In this document: positions 27,001 through 39,148 of the stretch, in pieces
Position numbering within the stretch: position 1 is the stretch's first letter
Layout of the letters: each line of letters begins with the position of its first letter
Assembly: GCA_047967505.1 (NCBI GenBank)
Contig: CM106538.1
Origin: Dipteris shenzhenensis
Lineage: Eukaryota
DNA length: 64,000 bases
Direction: 5' to 3' (one strand)
Notes under the pieces: model-generated
The model's database searches: none
What the model saw: the letters and a program-made list of their open reading frames with translations, nothing else
What the model was told of the DNA's origin: nothing
Program-made: the position numbers and the translations under genes

Positions 27001-27512
27001 GATAGATTAGCTTGGACTCATAAAGAGAATCTTGAGATAGTGCAAAGTGCTTGATTGATATTACTTCAAATGAACCTCCCTTTTATAGGTGAGGGTACTT
27101 ACATCCATTTTGCTTGCTCACATGTGGGATATCTCCTCCATGCCATGTGGCAGCTTACCCTTTGCTCATACCTTTGCTCTACATGTGCTCATGGCACCAT
27201 ATCTCAACAAGACTATTGTCAGAAATAGATTACTTTGATGAGTCAAAGCCAAGAACGATATACTGTGATAATCAATCGGCTCAAGCATTGGCCAAAAATC
27301 CAGTATATCACTCCAGGACAAAGCACATTGATGTCAGAGAGCAGTTCATCAGAGAAAGAGTGTTACTTGGTGACATCACACTACAGCATTGTGATAGAAA
27401 AGAGAATGTTGCAGACATCTTTACCAAACCACTCGGTAAAGAGCTAATCGAGAAACACCAACTAGCTCTTGGTTTGACGCAGAGGAAGGACATTCCCATT
27501 AAAGGGGTGTGA
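24067..27512 (+). pseudogene. pol: Copia D RT C-terminus and RNase H, split by element A1
   Basis: LGIEF...TITRPDI at 24070-24347; SSIEAEY...WLRRL|LSEID...YCDNQSA...RTKHID rejoined across the AGACT TSD. Confidence 0.9.
24632..27209 (-). mobile_element. Non-autonomous LTR retroelement family A copy 1 (2.58 kb, no gag/pol)
   Basis: 324-bp LTRs 24632-24955 and 26886-27209 (about 2 mismatches); TSD AGACT; PBS at 26874-26885; PPT CCTCCCCTT after 24955; no retroviral motifs inside. Confidence 0.95.
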
Positions 27513-27862
27513 TGGAATGTAATGCTCAATCCTTCGATGATTCCCTAGAATCATCATCTTGAGGGAAGGCCTACTTCATGATGTTGATCTTGAGGGAAGG
27601 TGTTGAGAGTTCATGCTCAACATCATGTGATCATGTGTGCATAGCACCATCACATGATCATATGTGCATAGCACTAACCTTATAGAGTGCTATAAAGGTA
27701 AGGGTTAGATCCCCTAACCCTAACCCTAAAAGGGTTAGTATATATTCTATTTTTTCAACTAAATCTAGTGTACAGTTAGTCATTTGTGGTGTGCTCTCTA
27801 GCTGTGCCCTCTCTCCTCATCTCCACTCTTCTCCTCTCCCCTCTTCATATTTTGTCAGCCTC

Positions 27863-29300
27863 TTTAGGAAAGGGATGCTGATGCTGCTTGCCCATCATGC
27901 AAGCTTCACATACATCGGGCAAATATGAAATTTCTGGTAGGTCTGCAATCATTCCACTTTTATGCATCTCCTTCAAAGAACTAATGTTTAGATGACCAAA
28001 CCTCTCATGCCACAGCTTAGTGTTCTTCACATCCACTCGAGCATTGAAAGCTGAGAGTTCGTAAATGTTGTTGCGCCATGTACCTTTACCAACGACCTTT
28101 CCTTGAAGATCCAGAATCTATGCACTATTCTTATTAAATTGAACTTTGAGGTCCCGATCCGTGATCGCAGAAATGGACAACAAGTTCCTCTTGATATCTG
28201 GCACATAAAGAACATCGAACAACTGTTTTACAACTCCATCTGACTTGAGAGCAATCGTACCTTTTCCTTTTGCTGGACATTTTGCATCATTGCCGACTAC
28301 TACCAGGATGTCATTCCCTACCAGCTGTAGAGAGGTATACCAATCCTTCCGACTGGTCATGTGGCGTGATGCACCATTGTCAATGATCCAAGGTTCATCC
28401 ATAGGTACATGAACTGCCTCCATGCAAATCTCCTCAATTGCTATGAACAGCTCTATTGGTGCTACCTACGTGCTGTTGCTGGACTCTTTCTTTACTCCAT
28501 TCTTCTCATCTGTAATCTTCTTTCGGCACTCATTCTGCTTGTGCCCTGCCTTGTTACAATAGAAGCACTTGATCTTCTTCTTTCTCTTTTTATCATAAGA
28601 AGAAGATGGGTTACCAGAGTCCTTACCCTTACCTTTCTTTGATCCGGTCTAGAAAGCTGAATCTTCTCCAGTCCTCATCTTTCGACGCATCTCCTCCTCC
28701 AAAAGCATCGCACTAAAATCCTCAAAGTTGAGGGGCGAATTTCTGTTCTGTGTATTCAGTGCCATAATAAGACCATCATACTTTGGTGGGAGAATCCGTA
28801 TGCACCTTCGTGCTAGATTCTCACTGGTGATGGTGATGCCAATTGCAGTCATCTGATCGCATAGATTCTTCACCCTGGTGATGAACTTCTCTGCCGCTTC
28901 AGACTAAGACAACTTCTCGTTCATGAGTTGAGTCTCCAGATTCTAAATCCGCATCTGATTCGTGGTCTCGTACTAATTTTTCAAGACCGTCCATGCCTCC
29001 TCCGTTGTGGTGACATGTTGAATTAATGCCATGACGGAATCACTAACATTGCAGACAATAGAACATAGCACATCTACATTTCTTCTTGTCCACGCGAGAA
29101 TCTCATCTGCAGTTGGTACTATCCGTTGTCCTACATTGGCTGGATCCGGGCCTCACGTCCACCCCAGTAGTAGTGTCCCAAAGATCGTATGTGCTTAGGA
29201 TGGTCTTCATCTTGAACTTCTAGAGTGGATAGTTAGAGCCGTCCAACTTTTCGCTTTCGCCGAACGGTGGGATTCGCAGTCTTGCGGGCTGGGCCATCTC
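27863..29300 (-). pseudogene. gag-pol: Copia B gag, zinc knuckle, protease (WIIDNGASRHMT) and GAG-pre-integrase (LWHERFGH...CEAC)
   Basis: ORFs 28649-28873, 28118-28423 and 27845-28036. Confidence 0.9.
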
Positions 29301-29585
29301 TCACAATCTGCTCGCAAACAGAAACACACTACCAAATCTTCTTGCTAGAGTCCAGGCTCTGATACCATGTAAGAAAATAATAATACGTCTATGCTCAATA
29401 GATAAGAGGATCTCGTACGCAAGAGAGAAAATAAGATAGTATGGAGAATCAAAAATTTGATTACTATAGAACTGATACAATAGATGGCGCTGCCTCCCAA
29501 CCGTGCGCTCCTGTGAAAGAAGCTTCGATGGCATGCTAGAAATAGTAGAAGATGGAGGCTGGATGCTAAGGAATCAGGGCTGCTA

Positions 29586-29832
29586 CTCAGGGGGGTCACT
29601 ATGTATAAACCCTCTATATCACGTGCGTTCAAGGCCTATATTTAAAATCCCTTATCTGTAAATTTTTTCATTAATAAAATGTACCCCTTTTCTATACAAA
29701 TCTGTAAATTTTTTCCAAAACTATTTTAAATAGTCCCTTATGTATTTTTATTTCTGTAAATTGTAGGAATAAAAAATATCCTTCTTTTGAACTCACGTGA
29801 TAGGGTTACATATGATGAGTGACCCCCTCGAG
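29586..29832. mobile_element. MITE (247 bp) in the 5' LTR of B
   Basis: Absent from the other B LTR; TSD GGCTGCTA at 29578-29585 and 29833-29840; ~50-bp imperfect TIRs CTCAGGGGGGTCACT / AGTGACCCCCTCGAG; internal TCTGTAAATT repeats. Confidence 0.85.
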
Positions 29833-30883
29833 GGCTGCTATAGCCAGTGATGAAATGGGCTTCACGGGCTTGCTCTTATATAGCCCCACTAGTCGTAGTC
29901 GGTTAGGCTCAATTGGGTGACCGACCCAGTCTGCCCAAAATGGTCGATTGGTGGTCAGTCCTGAAATAGGCCACCGACCATACGATAGAACCGGTGCGCA
30001 AAACAGAGCAACTAACCTATGGTTACCGTTCAGCCCAGAGCCACCATCCGGGATCATCTGAGGCTCCAAGCGGCGGGCCCCGCACCCCAAGAGTGGGCTA
30101 CCCTAGGAAATGCTCCGTCTACCCTCAGTGAGGTCAGTCAAGGGATGCCTTCCTGCACTTGCATGTAGCCTAGTTGGTGGTGTGCCTACTCTATTTAAAA
30201 CTATCCAGCCATCAGGCCACACATGGCCCCCATCTGGTGTCCAAACCAGGACCTACCGGATAACCGAGCTACTCAAATGCCTTCTCCTCATATGGGGGGC
30301 TTACAAGTAGAGTTAGTTGGTTCCCGCGTAGTTACACGAGAGTGGAGCATTGATATCTAACACTTTTTTGTCTCCATATGGGGTGATGGGACCCTTTGTA
30401 GGCCTTATTAGTTCTTAATCCATTTTGCTAATCCACTCCTTATGAGGCCCTTTTTTAGTCCAAAATTCCCCTAATGTGTTCTAGATGTGTTGAGGAAGAG
30501 AATGAGTAGGGATGCATCATGGGTTTGTGGGGATTTCGGTAGCCGAATCTATAAATGAACCATGGATTGTGTAGGTGCTGTGCTCGGTAGTCTGTTCTGT
30601 ATAGTGTATCAGGTTGACCAACTTCTTTGTTTGTTTTAGAAACCCTAGGAATGAAGGGGGAGCTACAGACTACAGCATTGCTTTTGATCCCTCCACTAGA
30701 CTCAAAAGGATAGAACCATTTGCTATTGTTCAAGAAATCTATCCCCAGGGAACCACCTGTCAGTACAAGGAAAGGTGTAGGAATTTAGTTAATAAGGGTG
30801 AGGGAAACCAGCTTCCTTTTGCAACACTTGCTGTGATCGTCATAAAAGTGGGGGCTTCATACAAACAGCATGATGAGTTGATT

Positions 30884-32167
30884 CAACATTGCTGTTTGCA
30901 TTTTGGCCTCTCTGCCATCCACCACGACCTCTTTGGCATTCGCTACCTCTAAAGTTACCATGTCCTCCTCCATAGGACTGGTTTTCTTGAATTTGCTACA
31001 TATTTTGATTTCTGCCACGGCCTCCAAATCGGCCTACTTTACCTCTGCCTCTACCTCTTCTAGCATTTGAGTAGAAAACAATTTCTTTTGAAGTTCCTCC
31101 TGAAGAAGATGCACCACCATTTCTCTACTCTTCAAAAATTAGAAGAGCAATCAACTCCCCAAAATCAAGAAAATTCTCACAGACAGCAATGGATGTTTGG
31201 AATTGCGCTTTATCCTTTCCTAGACCATTCAAGGTTACAGAAACTAAATCATCTTCGACTGGTGACCCAATGGAAGCAAGTGCATCTGATCTTCTTCACC
31301 TTCATGTGGTAGTCATTGATGCTCATATTTTCTCTCTGCACATTATGCAACTCCTGCTTGAGTTGCATTTTCGTGGCTTGCGTATTTGTGCTATACATTT
31401 TTGTCAAAGTATCCCATGCCTCCCTCAGCATGCTTGCATCGTGAATATGCACAATCATAGAATCTGAAATACTGACAGACAACCAGTACATAACTTCTTT
31501 GTCTCTCTCATGCTAGGCTTTCAATGCCTGCAATTCCTATTGATTGCTCCAGTAATGAACTCCCAATAGCCTTTTCCCTTAAGAAAATTCTTCATTCTAA
31601 ACTTCCATGCTTGGAAGTTGTTCTTGTCAAGCTTTTCAGTGACTTCTGTGAAAGAGCATTAGATGCCATTACAAAACATTGCAAAAATATTAGTCATTGC
31701 AAAAAACACAACTTCTGCCTCACAAGCACAAATCTGCAAAAGTGACGAAAGTGGTATTTGACCACATAGTCACTTCCTAGTGACCATTTTGCATCAACAG
31801 GCAATAAGAATGATTATGTCACTCCCAATATCTCTACGCACAGGCATACGATGCAACAACTTTTCACAGACCTGCACAATAGTGGTCGCACAACAAAAAC
31901 AAGGTACTTTTTTGAGTGCCTGTGGAAAACTTCTGCCACCAAAATGAGCCTCGAAATGGCCTCGAATTAGAGAAATAATGTCTTCAGTTAGTATGCCACC
32001 AAAACAGGCCCCGAAATGGCTGCAACATATACTGCCCTCTCGTCGCACCGCGAAGGGCATCCCAATCTGAGACAGTGCACTCTTACACTTTTCGGTTGTG
32101 CTACCTGTAGAGATTTGCTCCCAAACTCGAAAAAGCAAAGCAACACTAATCCTCTTACCAAGACACT
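30884..32167 (-). mobile_element. Copia C leader and gag fragment, inverted relative to the adjoining pol
   Basis: Homologous to 7925-9240; ORF 31249-31491 MYWLSVSISDSMIVHI. Confidence 0.85.
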
Positions 32168-32169
32168 GC

Positions 32170-34234
32170 TCTGTTGTTACACCTGGAGTAAGGAAGACCA
32201 GGGATGTTTTGAGAGCACCTGGAAGTGAGCCTATTTTGCGCAGGTCTACCAGGGTTAGGTATCCAGTGGATAGGCTGAAATATGATGGATTTATAGCCAT
32301 TCACTATGCCTATATGGTCAAAGTGATACAGGAACCAGAACCCACTTCTTTTGAGCAAGCCATGGGAAATGAAAAATGGGAGAAAGCCATGGATGAAGAA
32401 ATGGATGCCTTGGATGCTAATGCTACATGGGAATTGGTGCCTTTGCCTAAAGGCAAGAATGCAATTGGCTGTAAGTGGGTTTATAAGATCAGGCACAATG
32501 CAGATGGTTCTGTGAATAGATACAAGGCAAGATTAGTTGTCAAGGGGTATGCACAGACATATGGCATTGATTATGAAGAAACTTTCAGCCCGGTTGCAAG
32601 GATGGCAACCGTAAGAGCAGTCATTGCTATGGCTCCATCAAAGGGATGGTCTTTACATCAAATGGATGTAAAGAATGCCTTCTTGCATGGTGATTTGCAA
32701 GAAGAGGTCTTTATGGAGCAGTCAGTAGGTTATGTTCATGCTATTCATCCTGAGTCTGTTTGCAGGTTGAAGAAAGCCTTGTATGGCTTGAAGCAAGCAC
32801 CTAGAGCATGGTCTGACAAGATAGGATAGTATCTTGTCACTATTGGCTTTCAGATTTCCAAGGCAGATTTCTCACTCTATGTGAGAAAAACAGAGAAAGG
32901 GATTATGCTGCTTGTCATTTATGTTGATGATTTGATCATCACAGGTGATAGTGATGAAGATATCCTTCACGTGAAAATGCTATTGAAGCAGAAGTTTGAG
33001 ATGAAGGATTTGGGAGAGCTGCGTTATTTCTTGGGCATTGAGGTGATTAGATCACCAAGTGGGATACAGCTCTTGCAGAGGCAGTATGGATTGGACATGC
33101 TGTCCAAATATGGGATGACAGGCTGTAAGCCTATTTCAGTTCCTTTGGAGCAGAATGTGAAGGTGAGCGCAGATGCAGGTGAGCTTCTGAAAGACCCTAC
33201 TATGTACAGACGCATAGTAGGAAGTTTGATTTACATGACTATTACCAGGCCAGATTTGAGCTATGCTGTTGGGTTGGTAAGTCAGTTTATGCAGGCTCCA
33301 AGGAAACCGCATTTGGATGCGGCTAGATGCATACTCAGGTATGTAAAGTCCACATTGCAGTATGGACTATTTTATGAGGCTGGGGTTCAGATACAGTTGC
33401 ATGGATACACTGATGCTGATTGGGCTGGTAGTATTTCTGATAGACGATCTACCAGTGGATATGTGTTCTCTTTTGGGAGTGCTGCAGTCACTTGGAGCAG
33501 CAAGAAACAGCCTACAGTTGCCTTATCGAGCACAGAGGCTGAGTACAGGGGTGCAACAATGGCTGCATGTGAGGTAGCTTGGTTGCATAAGCTACTCTAT
33601 GATATGCATCAGTCTACAGATGGGCCAGTTGTCATTTATTGTGACAACATGAGCAGCATACACTTGGCAAAGAACCCAGTCTTTCATGCTAGAACAAAGC
33701 ACATTGAGGTGCATTATCACTATGTGCAGGAGAAGGTTTTACTAGGTCTTATTGATCTAGTTTATGTCAGCACAGAGGATCAGGTAGCTGACATATTCAC
33801 GAAAGCATTGGGTGTAGAGAAGCTACGCAAGTTCAGAGACCTGCTTGGTGTGCAGGAATTGGGATTGAGCTCGAGGGGGAGTGTTGAGATATCGAGCTCC
33901 ACTTGCGATATGCTAGGGTGACCGTTGTGTATTTATGTCACCGACTTGTTAGCTGGAGATGCGGTTGGTACACCACCCACGAATAATAGCTGGATGACAG
34001 CTATCCTTATCTACTCTAGTTTGTGGCTCAGTTAGTATGCCACCTTAGTTAGTTGAGTTTGGTTTGAGACCCACATATAGGGTTCTTCTACTTTCTTTGT
34101 ACTAGAGTTCTTTTGGCTTTCACAACTAAGAAGAGGAAAACTGTTTTCAGCCTCCACCTTTGTGTGTATTCCCCCATTGTGATTGTGAGAAAGCCTCAAG
34201 TGAGACTCCTTCCCTCTCTCCCACTATCTTCACA
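32170..34234 (+). mobile_element. pol: Copia C copy 3: RT-RNase H and 3' LTR
   Basis: ORFs 32098-32829 and 32881-33921 separated by one in-frame TAG; PPT GAGGGGGAG then LTR 33882-34234. Confidence 0.92.
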
Positions 34235-35198
34235 GCATCTACCACCTAACAGTTCTTATGGGCACCTAATTGTGCCTCTAGCACACACACATAGAAACCA
34301 AGGTGTGCCTGGGACACACACCTTGAGATATCCCAACAAACCCCCCCTCAAGGGAATGCCTCAGGCTATGTCAAGGATTCATCTAGTCTCATAGTTTCTC
34401 ATGCCATCTCATGGTGGTCAAGGATTAATCTATGGCTAGGATCTCATGCTAGCAAGGGGTTCCCAAGGGTGTGAGGTAAAAAAAAGGGATACATAAGACC
34501 TTCCAATGGTTATCTCCCCTGCATGTACGTGCACACAATATCTGCAGGAGGTACCATGGAGCAAAACACATACACATGGCCTACATCATATGGTGACTAG
34601 TTTACAAAGAACACAATAGTTTATTTCATTCATTTTGGAGAACTATCCAGGCTGAGTACCATGACTCAACATAAAAAGAGAGATATGGAGCATATATGAA
34701 GAGGGTTCAAAAAGCATAATCTTCATCATGTGGAGACTCATCAAATGAAAGTAGATTGGCAGTTTCTAACTTTGTAGTTGCTTCCTTTTTGGCTCTACAA
34801 TACTTTTCATGGTGATTGTTTTTGCCATAGTGTTTGCATGGATTGATCTTGAAGCAATCTTTTGAGAGGTGATTAGTCTTCCCACAATGTTTGCAAGGTG
34901 AAAACTTGCCCTTTTGAAATTTTATGGCATAGGCTGTGTCATTGCCTCTCTGGTATCTGTGCCATTGCCTCTCCAGAGTTCCATGTGCCTTTCTTCTTCT
35001 TGAAGAGCAGAATTAAGACCTTCAAGATTAGGATTAGGAAGATTTTTCAAAGTGGTAACAACATGATCATAATCTTCAGGCATACTTTTGAGCAATACTG
35101 CCATTGCATCATCTGTAGTGATTGGAGAGTTGATAGAAGCAAGTTGAGTCATGAGACTCTGCATAAGATTGACATGGGCAACCAGAGGAGTGCCACTA
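34235..35198 (-). mobile_element. Family E LTR element: gag with two zinc knuckles, short spacer, PPT and partial 3' LTR; no pol
   Basis: ORF 34922-35164 (AVLLKSMPEDYD...LQEEER); CKHCGKTNHLSKDC plus a second knuckle at 34795-34900; C-run PPT at 34339-34354; LTR part 34235-34338 is an inverted match to 35199-35275. Confidence 0.75.
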
Positions 35199-36022
35199 TG
35201 TTGGGATATCTCAAGGTGTATGCCTCAGGCACACCTTGGTTTCTATGTGTGTGTGCTAGAGGCACAGTTAGGTGGTGATAGAAGCCACATAGGATGATTG
35301 AGAGAATCTAAGAGCAGATTGTGGAGCTCTAAAGTCATCAGTGATGTCAGTGATCATGTAAGAGGTGCCTACTTAAGGACCTCATCTTTCTTCATTCCAT
35401 AATCAAGATTTCTGAGTCTGTGTTCACTCCTTGCTTTCTTTTCATTTTACCAACATGGTATCAGAGCCCTTTAATCCCCCTTGAGCCCATTTCTGCCACA
35501 TCATTATCTTCTTCTTCATCATCTTCACCATTTCTCCTCCTTCTTCCCAAATCTTGCTAAAGCCTCTTCTCCCTTAGTTCTCTGCCTTTCTCCAAGACCT
35601 TCTTGCTAGAGATACCTCTCAAAGGGGTGAACCTTTGGTTGCAAGGAATTGAAGCATCTCCATCTCTGTTGGTCGCCATTTCACGCAGATCATCGAATTT
35701 CTGTTCTACATTTTCTCTGTGCCTGCTCCTTCTTTCTCTAATTTCTTTCAGGGGAAGCTTCTCCATACCTTGGGCTATCTTGTGCTAAAATCTGAGCAGC
35801 AATGAATGCATATTCAAGGAGAAAATAGAGAAAAACCAGTCGACTTTGAAGAAGTGAGCTATGGCGACCTGAAGCGGATTTGCGCCTCTCATCCTCAGTG
35901 GATCTCCTATGTTATAAGAGCTTTCTTTTGCCTTAGAAAGCCCCTTTTTGTTTGATTTGGAGAGTGAGATACAAGCCCTCCAAGTTCAAGCCTCTGTTTT
36001 TGACAGTTTTGACAAGGTTGTG
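35199..36022 (+). mobile_element. Family E 5' LTR, PBS and leader, truncated
   Basis: LTR TGTTGGG...CAACA at 35199-35455; PBS TGGTATCAGAGC at 35456-35467. Confidence 0.8.
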
Positions 36023-36749
36023 AATCTCCAGTCCTTGTCTTTTGATGCATCTCCTCCTCCAGAAGCATTGCGTTGAAATCCTCAAAGTTGAGAGGCGGAT
36101 TTTTGTTCTACGTATTTAGTGCCATAACAAGACCATCGTACTTTGGTGGGAGAATCTGTATGCACCTTCGTGCTAGATTCTCGTTGATGATGGTGATGCT
36201 AATCACAGTCATCTGATCCCGCAGATTCTTCACCCTGGTGATGAACTTCTTTTCCATTTCAAACTCAAACAGTTTCTCGTTCGCGAGTTGAGTCTCCAGA
36301 TTCTGAATCCGCGTCTGATTCATGGCCTTGTACTGATTTTTCAAGACTGTCCATGCCTCCTCTGCTGCAGTGACATGTTGAATTAATGCCATGACAGAAT
36401 CACTTACATTGCAGACAATAGAAAACAGTGCATCTGCATTTCTTCTCATCCACACAAGAATCTCATCTGCAGTTGGTACTATCTGTTGTCCAGCATTCGC
36501 TGGATTTGGTCTCACAACCGGCTTCATGTCCACCCCAGTAGCAGTGTCCCAAAGCTCGTATGTGCTTAGGATGGTCTTCATCTTGAACTTCCAGAGTGGA
36601 TAGTTAGTGCCATCCAACTTTTTGCTTTCGCAGAATAGTGGGATTCGCAGTCTTGCGGGCTGGGGCCATCTCTCACAATCTGCTTGCAAATAGAAACACA
36701 CTACCAAATTTTCTTGCTAGAGCCTAAGCTATAAAACCATGTAAGAAAA
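36023..36749 (-). mobile_element. gag: Copia B gag fragment with degenerate PBS and 10 bp of LTR
   Basis: ORF 36108-36707 (KLDGTNYPLWKFKMK) homologous to 28660-29377; TGTAAGAAAA at 36740-36749. Confidence 0.88.
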
Positions 36750-38779
36750 TGTTGAGATATCGAGCTCCACTCGTGATATGCCAGGGTGACCATTGTGCAT
36801 TTATGTCACCGACTTGTTAGCTGCAGATGCGGTTGGTACACCGCCCATGAATAATAGCTGGATGACAACTATCTTTATGTACTCTAGTTCGTGGCTCAGT
36901 TAGTATGCCACCTTAGTTAGCTGAGTTTGGTTTGAGACCCACATATAGGGTTCTTCTATTTCTTTGTACTAGAGTTCTTTTGACTTACACAACTAAGAAG
37001 AGGAAAACTATTTTCAGCCTCCACATTTGTTTGTATTCCCCCATTCTATATGTGAGAAAGTCACAAGTGAGCTTCCTTCCTTCTCTCCCACTATCTTCAC
37101 ATGGTATCAGAGCCTTGTTCATGGTAAGGAGCTCAAGAAAGCAAACCAAGTTCACGGTGTCTTGGTAAGAGGACCAGTGTTGCTTTCCTTTTTCGAGTTT
37201 GGGAGCAAATCTCTACAGGTAGCACAGCAGGAAGTGCAAGAGTGCACTGTCTCAGATTGAGATGCCCTTCGCGATGTGGCGAGAGGCCGTTTCGGGGCTC
37301 GTTTTGAAGGCGGAAGTTCTTCATAGGCACTCATAAAAAGGCCCTATTTTTGCTGGGTGACCACTACTCTGCAAGTCGGTGAAAAGTTGTTGCAGAAATT
37401 GCATCATATGCCTGTGCGCAGAGACATTGGGAGTTATAAAATCATCCTTATTGCTTGTTCATGCAAAATCGTCACTAGGAAGTGACTGTGTGGTCAAGGG
37501 AAGTAGCAAGCTAAGGGTGTCCACTTTTTGTTCACTCCCCAATCCTAAGGAGGTGGAAAAACAAGCTTTTTAGCACACAAAAATGCAAATCTCACCTACT
37601 TCCCTATGGATCTAGTCTTTGAAGTCTTCTGACACAACATCACAGTTGCTATTGTGCACACAATCGTATAGTCTGATCGAAAATTCGATGCACACACAAA
37701 AAATTTCTTTGTGTCACACGGCATGGTTCCAGGGTGGTCACACGTTTGTCACGAACAAAGAGTGTCATATAAAATTCTAAATTTCTCACTCATTTTAGAT
37801 TAAATGTTATTGAAACTTTGTAAGTGGTCTCTTTACATTATGTAGAGCTTAACTTGATTTATTGGTATTTTTTTGAATGATTTATCTAATTATAAATAAT
37901 TATTTATAATAAATAAAGTCATAAAATACATGCATTTTAGTAGCACACCACATTTTTTTAGTATTTTGAATAATTAAGCAAATCCAATTCGGTGGAAGGT
38001 TAGTAGGCACATAAGGGTGTGTGGTTGAATCATCAAATCCCAAATCCAACGGTTAGATTTAGGAAGATTGAAGTTTAATTTTTACTTTTACTCCTTAGAG
38101 GATCAACAAAGAATATTAAAAATAAATCTAGTAATTCTCAAACATAACCAAACATTTCAAAAATGTCAATATTTTTAGTCCTCTGCATGATGAATAAGAG
38201 GAAAAAATTTTGGTTAAATTTGAGCAAGGGAAACGTACGATATGGCCTCCAAGAGTGAAATCTCCCTTTTGTGGGTGAAAAAGGGCCACCCAAGCCTAAT
38301 ACCAAGACAAGGTAGGCTTGGTATTAGGCTTGGTGAGGTAGGCTAGGAGCATCACCGATCCTAGTGGCAAGCCTTTGGAGTCTGCATGCTGCCCATGTGG
38401 AAGGCTGAGTCATCAAAACCATGCCACGTTGTTAGACCACGTGGTGCCATCTCATCAAGCAGATGTGACATCACTCCTTGCCATGTCACCTTACATTGCC
38501 ACACGTGCTGCCACACGTGCTGCCACATGTGCCACCTCATCATTCCACATCATCAGCCATGTGATCACACAATGCCACCTTGGCATACCTCCTCTCCTGG
38601 CCACGTCACCAATCCCTCCACCTCAATTTGCCATGTCATCTACCACCTCATGAATGCCAACTCGTCATGCCCAGTACCACATCATGACCATGCAGGAAGA
38701 GACTATATCACCACATCATGACCATGCATGGTGCCACATCAGCCAGATGCATACACATGACGATGTGCGATGCATACAA

Positions 38780-38918
38780 TACCTCGATCGAGGTACATAT
38801 GATGGGTGAGGCATACATTACCTCGTTCGAGGTATGTGACCGAGGAGACATACAGATACCTCGATCGAGGTTCATACATACATGCATGCGCAATGCACTA
38901 AATACCTCGATCGAGGTA
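38780..38918. repeat. Left array of the palindrome TACCTCGATCGAGGTA (4 copies, one degenerate)
   Basis: Copies near 38780, 38819, 38857 and 38903. Confidence 0.92.
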
Positions 38919-39054
38919 TAAGCTCTGATCGCGGCTCTGGGCATAGCAGACCTCTCCACCAAAACTAAGCCAATTAGTATCAATCTTAGCACCTCTCCAC
39001 CAATAATAATGAAGAGCAATCTAAGAGCAATCTAGTGGATGAGTTGAGGCTCTC

Positions 39055-39059
39055 TATAA
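39055..39059 (+). promoter_or_regulatory. Candidate TATA box of the transposase gene
   Basis: CTCTATAAG about 90 bp upstream of ATG 39149, downstream of the palindrome array. Confidence 0.4.
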
Positions 39060-39148
39060 GACACCACGTTTTGGTTCATTTCACCCATTCTTAGCCATTC
39101 TTGCCTCCTCATCACTTTGTCACACCTTCCATCCTACTTTCATTGAGA

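Larger units (their letters stand above)
12502..27857 (+). mobile_element. Ty1/Copia family D inserted in the B integrase
   Basis: 257-bp LTRs 12502-12758 and 27601-27857 (about 6 mismatches by eye); TSD GCCTC at 12497-12501 and 27858-27862; PBS TGGTATCAGAGC at 12759-12770; PPT TTGAGGGAAGG before 27601. Confidence 0.95.
2114..30362 (-). mobile_element. Ty1/Copia LTR retrotransposon family B, outermost element of the nest, degenerate
   Basis: Homologous LTRs TGTAA...TCTAACA at 2114-9957 (split by C1) and 29368-30362; TSD CTTTT at 2109-2113 and 30363-30367; PBS GCTCTGATACCA at 29356-29367; C-run PPT right after 9957; gag-PR-INT-RT-RH order on minus. Confidence 0.93.
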
